Of a stretch of DNA of 64,000 nucleotides, positions 46,613 through 55,808 are shown one piece after another. Position 1 is the first letter of the stretch, and each line of letters opens with the position of its first letter. The translations under genes and the position numbers were made by a program. The stretch is from positions 71,954 through 135,953 of IMG/VR virus record IMGVR_UViG_3300027749_000047. The stretch is one strand, 5' to 3'. This stretch comes from a virus. The notes below the pieces were generated by a model, which was not told where the DNA came from, ran no database searches, and saw only the letters and a list, made by a program, of their open reading frames with translations.

Positions 46613-49600
46613 GTGTCGTTGCTTGATGCGGTTCGTAAGGCTGTAGAGGAAGACCCTATTGGCGGTTCGATTCTTATTGATGAAATCGTTTATTCGGTTT
46701 TGGCTGATGAGGCTGAGCAGGTTCGCCCTGCGGTTGAAAAGATGCTGTCTGTGTTTATGGCAGAGCGTGTTGGTGTTGCTAAGCGTGCGTTAGGTCGTGC
46801 ATATGTTGAGACTATGGCTAATGGTGAGTATCCTGACCCTGAAGTTCAAAAGAATGCTGAATGGATTGCGGGCATCGAGCGTTTTATTGCTTCAGATATT
46901 TCTAAAGCTGATGATCGTACTTTTGATGAGCGTCTTCATCCTCGTGGCAGTGGTGGCCGCTTTAGTGTCAAAGCACCTCCTGCGGCTGAGGTAAAAGCAG
47001 GCGCATACGTTGGTTATGCCGCTGCGCAGCATAAGTCTAAGCATAGTGCGTCTACTCAAACGCACGTTATGCATGATGGTAAGAAAAACGTTTATGCTGA
47101 AGGTATTCATCCGGATACGCAAGAACTTGTTGACCAGCATCAGTATCAGTGGGATGCAGCTAATCAGCAGGCTAATAGCATTATGGAAAGTTTTGGTCGT
47201 GATGCGGGAAAGATTAACCTTCGTATTACTGTTCAAAATAAGCATAATGACAAGTTGCGTGACATTGTTGTTCCTGGCTCTGAGGCTAAGGGTGGTCTAC
47301 CGTCTGATAGCGCTTGGTCTATTAATGATGATTACAAGTCTATGAGTGTTGATGCGGCTAATTTGGATAACCCTACTGACCAAATTCTTATTGATAATAA
47401 GGTTAATGCTTATAATGTGATGGGTAATGCAGGCGGTCCAGCTTTGGCTGAATTGGGCACTATTGATTCTTCTCGTTACACAAAACTTGGTCAGACTATG
47501 GATCGCGGTTACATGCGTTCTCAAGACAAGTCTAAGATGGGCACTTTCTTTGACCGGTTGCATGCAGGTGGTGGCATTCTTCGTGAAACTCCTGGTATGG
47601 AAAAGTATGGGCGTTTTGCGCAGTTTGTTGGTCAGACTGGTCCTGAGGCTGAAAAGTATTTGGGGCCTTATGCTCAGCAGGCTGCGTATCGTTACCGCGG
47701 TACTGAGAAAGAACCTGATTTAGATTTGGTTAGTCAGTTTAATAGTGTCACTATGAATGCTGTTAATGCTGTGGCTACTAACCCTAATAATACTTTGGCT
47801 ATGAATCATCTTGAAAATGAAGTTTCAGGTCAGGGTGAAAAAGACGTTGTTGCTACGTCGGCTGTTTATGAAATGAATCATTTGAAGCGCACTCGTGGTG
47901 GCGAGTATACGCCAGATGAGTTGGCACTAAATGTTCGTGCTGATGTGGCGGCTCGTCATTTGTTGAATACGTTACCGTCGGACCCTTTTGTTGCTGATTT
48001 GTCTCGCGCAGCGGGTAATGTGTTGCCGTCGCAGGGTGTCATTATTGATGCTGATGGCGATGTTGTTAGTCAGTCTGTTGGTTTTTCTGATGACCATTAT
48101 TTGCCTTTTGATTTGAAGAATCTTAAGTCTTTGCGTGGCGGCCAGTATGTGCGTACTCGTCAGCAGGGTGGTTTGACTGCGGAGGATGTTTATGCGTCTA
48201 TTCGTACGGGTGCGCGTATGGCTACTGTTGTTTCCAGCAGTGGTGTGTTTTCTTTAGAGTTTGACCCTAATTTCCGTGGCGCTCGCGCTAACTCTGATAA
48301 GGCTCGACAGATGGTTGACCGCTATGTCAGTATTCTTGATGCGGTTCAAAACTCTAATTTGTACACTCAAGATATTGATCAGCGTGAAAAAGAACGTCTT
48401 CGCGGTATGGCTAACTCTATGGGCTCTACGCCAAAAGAACGCAAAGATTTGTTTGAGCATTATGTTGACCAAGCTCGTACTGCTGGTGCGACGCTTAATG
48501 AGCAAGATTTGCAGATGCTTCATGAGGATGCCATTAAGCAGGTGGATTCTGAGGGCTTTAAGTACAAGAATGAGCGTTACAATCGTCGTGTTAATGAAGT
48601 GTTTGATGAGTTGGCTGAGCAGAAGCGTGCAGCCCGTGTTTCTCGTCTTAATCTAAATTCAAAAGGTTATGACGCTGCTTTGCAAACTTTGCAACAGCAG
48701 TTCCCTTATTTTATTCGTTCTGTTAAGTATCAGCCTTTGACTGCTGATAAGAATGGTCAGCGTGGATTCTTGCAGTCGCTTGGTCAGTCTGGTGCTGCGG
48801 GAGCGCGTCAAAAGTTGGGCGCTAAGGATCAGGGTTATGTTAATGCTGGTGCCGGTGATTTACGGCCTAATGTTGGTTACAAAGAGCCTAAGGAAGAAAA
48901 GACTGAGGCTGGTGCAGCGCCTAAGGAAGAAAAAGTTAGTGCAACACCTTCTGCTGGTGCAACACCTGAGACTAAAGCTAAGCCTGTTCCTAAGGCTAAG
49001 TTTTTGGGTGATTTGGAAGCATTTACTGCTGTCGCGGATAAAGAAGCATCTAAAGATGTTGAAGAGTTGGCGTCTATGTTCCGCAGTCATGACCCAACAA
49101 TTCAAGGTATCCCAGGCACTACAGAGTGGTCTGTAGCAAAGGGTGCTTTTGAAACTACTGGTGATAAACGTTTGGCTGCTAAGTATCTTTTGGCTGCTTC
49201 AAATAATGGAGAGCACGATGCTTTAGTTAAGGCTTACAAATCAGACCCTGCTGTTGTAGGCGCGGTTTTGTCTGATGAAAAAGCAGTGAAAGAGGCTTTG
49301 GCTGCTTTGTATGGTTCTGCTTGGAAGGGCGAATCTGAAGCCAGTTTTGGTATGTCGCTTGAGGATTTGCAAAACAATGTGCATTATGTGGCAGATAAAA
49401 TTAACGATTCTGCTTCGTTAAAGTCTCCTTACGCACCTGCGGCTCATGGTCCTGCTGGTCTATTTTATTCAGGCGATAAGCCTCAGGAGATGGCTGAGTT
49501 GGCGTCTGTTAATGACAAGGCTGGTCTTAAAGCGATGATTAATGCTAATCCTGCGGTTGCCGAGATTGCGTCAGACCTTGATGGTTTGGATAACACTCAA

Positions 49601-50086
49601 ATGAGTAAATTGGTCGCTGAGCGCGTTGCTGTGCTTAAAAAAGCTAAGGATGCTCGTATTGGTGAGTTGTTTAGTTCTGAGGCCGCTATTGATCCGGATA
49701 AGGCTGCTGACAAGGCTTTGTCTAAAGCAGGCATTACTCCTGATGAATGGAAAGATGCGATGGGGTCTAGCACTAGTTCTCATTTTGGTACATTCCAACA
49801 GTTCTTGCCTGAAACTATTGACCAGCGTGCGCAAGCTACACAAGCTGCTTGGGGTGCTATCTATACGTCTCAGTTGATGGATAAGTTAGAGGAGTTGAAA
49901 GCATCTTCTGCTGAGGCAGGTGGTGTTGAGGCCCCAAAAGCGGAGCCCCCAGCGGGGGAGTTAGCGAAAAGCCAGCAGGGGTACTCGTCCCGACAGGTGC
50001 TCATCGCGAAGAATCATTGGCTGGCCCAAGAGGTGGCAGTGAGGCGCGAGGCGGGTCTACCACTGGTGCCGATACGGCAAAAGTAG
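46613..50086 (+). CDS. Large multidomain head-module protein (HPR motif, JAB-like domain)
   Basis: DISKA..LHPRGSGGRF; JAB/MPN-like segment at 48023-48270; slippery site at 49933. Confidence 0.6.
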   Translation: MSLLDAVRKAVEEDPIGGSILIDEIVYSVLADEAEQVRPAVEKMLSVFMAERVGVAKRALGRAYVETMANGEYPDPEVQKNAEWIAGIERFIASDISKADDRTFDERLHPRGSGGRFSVKAPPAAEVKAGAYVGYAAAQHKSKHSASTQTHVMHDGKKNVYAEGIHPDTQELVDQHQYQWDAANQQANSIMESFGRDAGKINLRITVQNKHNDKLRDIVVPGSEAKGGLPSDSAWSINDDYKSMSVDAANLDNPTDQILIDNKVNAYNVMGNAGGPALAELGTIDSSRYTKLGQTMDRGYMRSQDKSKMGTFFDRLHAGGGILRETPGMEKYGRFAQFVGQTGPEAEKYLGPYAQQAAYRYRGTEKEPDLDLVSQFNSVTMNAVNAVATNPNNTLAMNHLENEVSGQGEKDVVATSAVYEMNHLKRTRGGEYTPDELALNVRADVAARHLLNTLPSDPFVADLSRAAGNVLPSQGVIIDADGDVVSQSVGFSDDHYLPFDLKNLKSLRGGQYVRTRQQGGLTAEDVYASIRTGARMATVVSSSGVFSLEFDPNFRGARANSDKARQMVDRYVSILDAVQNSNLYTQDIDQREKERLRGMANSMGSTPKERKDLFEHYVDQARTAGATLNEQDLQMLHEDAIKQVDSEGFKYKNERYNRRVNEVFDELAEQKRAARVSRLNLNSKGYDAALQTLQQQFPYFIRSVKYQPLTADKNGQRGFLQSLGQSGAAGARQKLGAKDQGYVNAGAGDLRPNVGYKEPKEEKTEAGAAPKEEKVSATPSAGATPETKAKPVPKAKFLGDLEAFTAVADKEASKDVEELASMFRSHDPTIQGIPGTTEWSVAKGAFETTGDKRLAAKYLLAASNNGEHDALVKAYKSDPAVVGAVLSDEKAVKEALAALYGSAWKGESEASFGMSLEDLQNNVHYVADKINDSASLKSPYAPAAHGPAGLFYSGDKPQEMAELASVNDKAGLKAMINANPAVAEIASDLDGLDNTQMSKLVAERVAVLKKAKDARIGELFSSEAAIDPDKAADKALSKAGITPDEWKDAMGSSTSSHFGTFQQFLPETIDQRAQATQAAWGAIYTSQLMDKLEELKASSAEAGGVEAPKAEPPAGELAKSQQGYSSRQVLIAKNHWLAQEVAVRREAGLPLVPIRQK
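49933..49958 (+). other. Putative programmed -1 ribosomal frameshift signal
   Basis: C CCA AAA heptamer, 6-nt spacer, CCCCC-AGC-GGGGG hairpin; AGGTGG 9 nt upstream. Confidence 0.65.
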
Positions 50087-50886
50087 AGCGTATTAGTTCT
50101 GACCTTCATTCAATGATTGGTATGAATGAAGTGGCTAATGAAGTGGATAGTCTTGTTGCTACTGGTTTGATGAATCAGAAGCGCGAAGAAGCTGGCTTGC
50201 CTGTGTCTAATAACGCTAAGCATTTGGTGTTTGTTGGTGAGCCTGGTACTGGTAAAACGACTGTGGCTAAAAAGTTGGCAAAGTTGTATAACGCGGCTGG
50301 TTTGTTGCCAAAGGATACTGTTGTTGAGACTGACCGTAGTAAATTGGTTGGTAAGTATGGCAATAACATTTCTGATCGTGTTCGTAAAGAGTTTGAGTCT
50401 GCTCGTGGCGGTGTTTTGTTTGTTGATGAGGCTTACACTCTTGCGGATGATGCTTTTGGTAAAGAAGCTGCTACTCAGTTGATGAAACTTATGGAGGAAC
50501 ATAAGGATGATACTGTGGTTATTGTTGCTGGTTATCCGGGTGAGATGGGTAAGTTTATGGCGCTTAATCCTGGTATGAAGTCTCGTTTTTCTAAGACTGT
50601 TAATTTTCCTAACTATTCTCATAAGGAGCAGGTACAGATTCTTGAGCAACGTATGGCTAGGCATAAGGATGTGGTTGATAGTCCACAGACTGCTAAGGCT
50701 TTGAATGAGGCTGTTCGTGTGGCATCTGCTGAAGGTGGTAATGGCCGTGCTATGGAGCGTTTGCATGCCAGACTTGAAGAGGCAAGAAATGTGCGTTTGA
50801 GTCGTAAGCCTGATTTGTCTACTGAAGATTTGTCTGTGTTTACTGTTGATGATGTAAACTCGGCTATCGGGGCTTCTAGCTCTTAG
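50017..50886 (+). CDS. CbbX/CfxQ/SpoVK-family AAA+ ATPase (probably a frameshift extension of 46613)
   Basis: HLVFVGEPGTGKTTVA, LFVDEAYTL, VVIVAGY..EM..F...NPG.KSRF and FPNYS motifs; no clear RBS. Confidence 0.9.
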   Translation: MAGPRGGSEARGGSTTGADTAKVERISSDLHSMIGMNEVANEVDSLVATGLMNQKREEAGLPVSNNAKHLVFVGEPGTGKTTVAKKLAKLYNAAGLLPKDTVVETDRSKLVGKYGNNISDRVRKEFESARGGVLFVDEAYTLADDAFGKEAATQLMKLMEEHKDDTVVIVAGYPGEMGKFMALNPGMKSRFSKTVNFPNYSHKEQVQILEQRMARHKDVVDSPQTAKALNEAVRVASAEGGNGRAMERLHARLEEARNVRLSRKPDLSTEDLSVFTVDDVNSAIGASSS

Positions 50887-50904
50887 CATTGAAAGTAGGG
50901 GATT

Positions 50905-53361
50905 GTGAATCGTTGGTGGGCCAATCCGGAGTTATCTGCAGAGATTTTAAAGTCTGTTGATGATTCGGATGTTGTCAATGGTGTTGGTGTGGCTGTTTTG
51001 GGTTATCACGGGCTTGCTATGGGTGTTTTAAAGCCTTTAGTTACTCAGACACTAGTTGATACTCATACTGTGCGTAAGGCGCTTTTACAGGTTGATTTAC
51101 AGCCTATTGCTAAGGCTTTGTCTGAGGCAACTAAACCTGTTATGGGTGATGCTTCTGAACGTTATGGCAAATTGTTGGCTGATGCTATTCATGAGAAAGC
51201 CGTGGCTTCTACTGAGCGTTTATTGCATACGTGGACAAATAACGGAATGCCTTGGCCTAACGCTATTGAACGTGCTGCTGAGGTGCATGGTGTTCCTGTT
51301 GAGCGTCTGGGGCGTTATGCGTCTGTTATGAAAGCGGCTACTGTTAATCCGCATATTCGTGCTGATTATGCTGATCGCGAGTTGATGACTTATGCATCTG
51401 TTATGGGTAGTCGTGAGTCTTTGATTTCTTCTGAGTTAATTTCTAAGCAAAAGTCTGAGTTTGAAGAGTTGCACCCTAGGGCTTCTGATGGTCGTTTTAC
51501 TGATAAGAGTGAAGTTCTTGATTTGCGTGCCAAGTTGAATAAGATGAAAAAGTTTAAGGCTGCTCGTGAGGTTGGTTCGCAAGTCAAGCGTGGTACTTTT
51601 GATTTTGCTAGGTCTAAGACCGCTGGTGAGTCTCGAACTAAGATTGCGCCTCGTACTAAAGTGGAGCCTAAAAAAATGGAGGTGCAAACTACTGGCGATA
51701 CTTTTAAAACTAGTTTTAGGCATTCTTTTCGCAAGCCTGATTTTAAACTAAACGACCCTAGTGGCGATTGCCCTACGGTTCCAACGTTTTTTGTTAATGG
51801 TGACGTGTATATTCCTGTTAATGCTTCTTTACTTAATCAAATTAAAAAGCAGAGTAATCTTTTTACTGCGTGGGATGTTAAGAATCATGATGGTAATGGT
51901 GAACTTGAGGCTTTTGGCAAAGATGGCTTTAGTGACTATGTTGACATACGTGGTTTAAAAAATATTGTTAATGAAGGCACTGTTCTTCTAAAATGTAGTT
52001 ACACGCCTGTTCACAAGAATCGTGCTGATGTTTTGACTAATTCTAGCGGTAATCCGCATACTGATGATTTTAAGTGGAGTACTGTTGCACCTAAAGCTAC
52101 ATTTAGACTTGTTACTGGTGGCCCAGAGCCTCGCAGTTTAATGTCTTTGATTAATGCCGGCAAGCATAAGTTGCACAGTTATTCTGACGATTTTGAAGAC
52201 GATTTTGTACCTAATACTGATGATTTTAAAGTTTATGAAATCGCTTTGGTTAATGATGATCCTGATTTGTGGGAAGAAGATATTAGTAAAAATTTGTCAG
52301 ATGAGGAGCGTGAGGTTTTTAACGTAGAACATCCTCGTGCTGTTAATGGTCAGTTTACTGATAAGAATGTTACGTCTCTTAAGGCTAAGTTGGATAAGCG
52401 CAATAAGATGGCTCGCCAGCGTGAGATTGGGCAAAAAGCTAAGCAGGGTAATTTTGATTTTAAAGAGTCGCGTCAGAATCAAGCTGATGTTCGTCAGAAG
52501 GTTTCTGCTTTGCGCCAAGAGCCAGTTTTTGCTGAAACTAAATTTAAGCAAAGTTTTAAAACTAATTTTAAAATGTTTTATAGGGATGAAACACATGACC
52601 CTATTAAGTTTGGTGACAGTTGGGCTGTGATTGTTCCTTACGGTATGTCTCCTATGCCTGATTTGTGGCCATGGTTAAATGAAAAAGCATTTAGCGAGCG
52701 TTCGTATAAAAAAGAAACTCACCCTAAAGGTCCTACAGAAATAGTTTCAGGAAATCTTGAGGATGATAGAACTGCTTTAAAAGTGTTTAAAAATACTCAT
52801 GGCAGCAGTTTGTTAATACCTAGAGAACAACGCACGTCTCCCGGTAGGGCTTTGTCACCAGTTGTTGGAAATATTATTAATCATGCTGATCGCAGAGAGC
52901 CTGAAAAAATTATTAAAGTTACAGGTACTGGTGGTAATAGCGAAGATACTGGTGAGTGGTCTTTTGAAACACCTGAGCAGGCGCTTGAAGCGGCTAATAA
53001 TAGTAAGCAGCGTTTTAGTCTAAGTAATTCATTTTTAATGTGGCAACCGGAAGCTTTGATTAATGAAAACGGCGAATATGATGCTATTTTGGCTGGGTAC
53101 AACCCAGAAGAGAAATATCAACTTATTGTAGGTAGTTATAGTGACCTTTGGGAAGCGCATTATATTGCTAACGAAAATCCTGAAGAGTTTGCTGAAAGAG
53201 TAAAAATTGTGCCTTCTGATAAGGACGTAAGTAATTTGCAGGAGTTTTTATCACTTAGTGATAGCGATGAGATTATTGATGAAGTTAATTCGGCTATTCG
53301 CGATAAGGGTACTAACCCGCCAATAGAATTGTATGAAATTAAAGTTATGCCACCTTGGTAG
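50905..53361 (+). CDS. Large head-module protein with internal duplication and two HPR motifs
   Basis: Repeats near 51436-51740 and 52282-52580. Confidence 0.6.
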   Translation: MNRWWANPELSAEILKSVDDSDVVNGVGVAVLGYHGLAMGVLKPLVTQTLVDTHTVRKALLQVDLQPIAKALSEATKPVMGDASERYGKLLADAIHEKAVASTERLLHTWTNNGMPWPNAIERAAEVHGVPVERLGRYASVMKAATVNPHIRADYADRELMTYASVMGSRESLISSELISKQKSEFEELHPRASDGRFTDKSEVLDLRAKLNKMKKFKAAREVGSQVKRGTFDFARSKTAGESRTKIAPRTKVEPKKMEVQTTGDTFKTSFRHSFRKPDFKLNDPSGDCPTVPTFFVNGDVYIPVNASLLNQIKKQSNLFTAWDVKNHDGNGELEAFGKDGFSDYVDIRGLKNIVNEGTVLLKCSYTPVHKNRADVLTNSSGNPHTDDFKWSTVAPKATFRLVTGGPEPRSLMSLINAGKHKLHSYSDDFEDDFVPNTDDFKVYEIALVNDDPDLWEEDISKNLSDEEREVFNVEHPRAVNGQFTDKNVTSLKAKLDKRNKMARQREIGQKAKQGNFDFKESRQNQADVRQKVSALRQEPVFAETKFKQSFKTNFKMFYRDETHDPIKFGDSWAVIVPYGMSPMPDLWPWLNEKAFSERSYKKETHPKGPTEIVSGNLEDDRTALKVFKNTHGSSLLIPREQRTSPGRALSPVVGNIINHADRREPEKIIKVTGTGGNSEDTGEWSFETPEQALEAANNSKQRFSLSNSFLMWQPEALINENGEYDAILAGYNPEEKYQLIVGSYSDLWEAHYIANENPEEFAERVKIVPSDKDVSNLQEFLSLSDSDEIIDEVNSAIRDKGTNPPIELYEIKVMPPW

Positions 53362-53408
53362 ACTTTAGCTGTAAGATAAGATAAACGTAATAAGAATTTG
53401 GAGAATCA

Positions 53409-54122
53409 ATGGATTCGTTAGAGATTGTTAAGTCGCTTCATAAGGTTGATCCTGGCTTTGTTGATTTGTGCAAAACTTTGTTTGGCGATGCTGTTTATCC
53501 TGAGGCCATTTGGGAGTATTTGTACACTCCTGAGGGTATTTCTAAGATGGGTCCAGAGCCTTCAGAGCTAAATACTTCTTCTAGTAATAAGCGTGGCCGT
53601 CTTGTTCCACAGGAGCGTACTCCGCAGGTGCCTCGCGTTAAGGTTCCACCTAAGCATTCTCATAAGGGCGAGCAGGTTGATAATACTGACGCTATGAGTA
53701 AGTCTGATGATGATTTTGACATTACGTGGGCTGGTGAGTTTGCTAAGTCTGATGAGGATAAGCGTCAAGTTTTTGGTTGGGCTTCTATTGTTGAGGTTGA
53801 TGGTCGCCCGGTTGTTGATCGTCAGGGCGATTGGATTACTCCTGAAGAGATTGAGAAGGCTGCATACCAGTATGTTCTTAATTCTCGTAAAGCAGGTCAT
53901 CAGCATAAGCGTGATGGCGACCAGCCGTTTCATGCCGGTGACATGATTGAGTCTTTTGTTATGACACCTGAAAAGGTTGAAAAGATGGGTTTGCCTGACG
54001 ATACTCCTATTGGTTGGTGGGTTGGCTACAAGATTCATGATGAGGATGCTTGGCAGAAAGTTAAGAAGGGCGAAGTTACTGGCTTTTCTATTCATGGTCG
54101 CGGTAAGCGTAAAGAAGTCTAA
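53409..54122 (+). CDS. Prohead protease (XkdF-like, peptidase S78_2)
   Basis: RQVFGWA..D.QGD.I..EEIEKAAY..H...ESF..GWWVG.KI.D..W.KVKKGE.TGFSI.G. Confidence 0.85.
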   Translation: MDSLEIVKSLHKVDPGFVDLCKTLFGDAVYPEAIWEYLYTPEGISKMGPEPSELNTSSSNKRGRLVPQERTPQVPRVKVPPKHSHKGEQVDNTDAMSKSDDDFDITWAGEFAKSDEDKRQVFGWASIVEVDGRPVVDRQGDWITPEEIEKAAYQYVLNSRKAGHQHKRDGDQPFHAGDMIESFVMTPEKVEKMGLPDDTPIGWWVGYKIHDEDAWQKVKKGEVTGFSIHGRGKRKEV

Positions 54123-54124
54123 AA

Positions 54125-54424
54125 ATGTCTATCAGTAGAGCTTTTGTTGAAAGTAACATTTCTAAAGGGTCAAATGTTAGGGAGTTTCCGTATCTTCCTG
54201 AGAACATTAGGGATTGGCAAAATAATGCTGTGCCTATTCGTCGTAATCCTGTGTCTCCTTTGCAAATGATTGCTTCGGCAAATGTTATGGCTGTTGGTAG
54301 TAATTTGGGTAATCAGTCTGGTATGACTAAACGTCAGTTGCGTCGTTTGGCTCGTGGTTTGAATATTTATGAGGGTGGTCGCGCAACAGTGTATTCGCCT
54401 CTTGGTCAAGGTACGATGGTGTAA
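54125..54424 (+). CDS. Hypothetical head-module protein
   Basis: Contains the ISKG motif. Confidence 0.55.
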   Translation: MSISRAFVESNISKGSNVREFPYLPENIRDWQNNAVPIRRNPVSPLQMIASANVMAVGSNLGNQSGMTKRQLRRLARGLNIYEGGRATVYSPLGQGTMV

Positions 54425-55755
54425 TGGCTGCTGATTCTTCTAATCATAAAAATCATGCGCACGAGCTGGGCGCTGGTCTTGTTGGGTCTACTATTGCTGA
54501 GGGCGCTGCTGTTGCGGAGTCGGCTAAAAAGTATCGTAATCTTAAGGCTAAAGGTTTTCAGGCTACGCCTGAAGAAATGGGCGCTATTGCGCGTAAGATT
54601 GGTGCTAAGAACGCAGCAATTGCTGGTCTTGGTTTGCAGGGCGTAAATATGGCTATTGGTGCGGGTGCTGCGCACCACTTGTTGAAGAAACCTAAAGGAA
54701 GTGCAATGAATACTGGTCAGTCTGCTGTAAATAAGTCGCAGGGTTCTGTGAGCCGTAATGGTCATGGTAAAAACTTGAATGATAAAAAGAATGGCATTGT
54801 TGCTTCTAACACTATTGCTAGTGGTGCTATTGGGGCTGGTTCTGCAGGCTATTTGGGCCACATGCTAGGTGATGGCGGTTTTGAGCGTAGTTTAACTGGC
54901 GTTAAGGAAGATAAGGCCACTAAGCCTAAGCGCGAGATGGTTCGTGGTTCTCGTAGTTCTAATCGCGAGTATGAAAAGATGATGCGGGCTAATGGCTTGA
55001 TGCAGAAAAAAACTTTGGCTGAGCATGGCAAGAGGGCTAAGGCGCTTGCTGGTAAGAATAAATGGGCTGTTGGCGGCGCGGTTGCTGGTGGCGCTTTGGG
55101 TGCTGTTGATGGTGCTATTCGTGGTCAAGAGTATGTAAATGCTGCTCACCGTTCGGGCATTCAAAAGTCTTTGGTGGAAGTTTCTAAAGGATTGCCTAGT
55201 TCAGTAAACACAGCAACAATGATGTCTAGCCATACCTCTGACAGAATCATGGCTAACGCTTATGGAAAAAACGTTTCTTCTCGTGTTTCAGCTGTTAGAA
55301 ATCAAGCTGGTAAAGATACTGGGCCTTTGTCTGGCCTTAGAGCTGAGCAGGAAGCAAAGCGCATCAGAGATGCTAAAAAAACCGGTATTGATTTACGCAG
55401 TGAGTCCCGCAGGGCGTTGGACAAACCAAGCAAACGCGCTAGTTCATTTAAAGAGTCGGGTGTTGGCAAGGCCTATCGCCGTTTTGATCCTGAGGCTGAT
55501 CGTCAGCGTCGCTTAGGTCTTTATTCTGGCGCTGCTGCAGGTACTGGCGTTGTATTGGGTCGTGAGGCTGCACGAAATTACACAGTTAGCGGTCTTGATT
55601 CTGCTAGCCGCGCTAAGGATGGTTTGGGAATTAAGTTGAAGCCTGGTTTGACCAAGCGTGGTTTGGGTTTGACTGCTGCAGCGTTGGGCGCCAGTGTTGT
55701 TAGTGCTGGGTCTTACAAGCGTGGTGTTAGTGCTCGTAATCAGCCGTGGACATAA
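54424..55755 (+). CDS. G/A/K/R-rich head-module protein
   Basis: VNKS, IQKS, VSKG and VGKA boundaries; four Gly/Ala hydrophobic stretches. Confidence 0.55.
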   Translation: MAADSSNHKNHAHELGAGLVGSTIAEGAAVAESAKKYRNLKAKGFQATPEEMGAIARKIGAKNAAIAGLGLQGVNMAIGAGAAHHLLKKPKGSAMNTGQSAVNKSQGSVSRNGHGKNLNDKKNGIVASNTIASGAIGAGSAGYLGHMLGDGGFERSLTGVKEDKATKPKREMVRGSRSSNREYEKMMRANGLMQKKTLAEHGKRAKALAGKNKWAVGGAVAGGALGAVDGAIRGQEYVNAAHRSGIQKSLVEVSKGLPSSVNTATMMSSHTSDRIMANAYGKNVSSRVSAVRNQAGKDTGPLSGLRAEQEAKRIRDAKKTGIDLRSESRRALDKPSKRASSFKESGVGKAYRRFDPEADRQRRLGLYSGAAAGTGVVLGREAARNYTVSGLDSASRAKDGLGIKLKPGLTKRGLGLTAAALGASVVSAGSYKRGVSARNQPWT

Positions 55756-55808
55756 AAGTTGTTAAGTCTAATGCGAGCAATCATTTTTTGTAAGAAGATT
55801 GGAGTACT

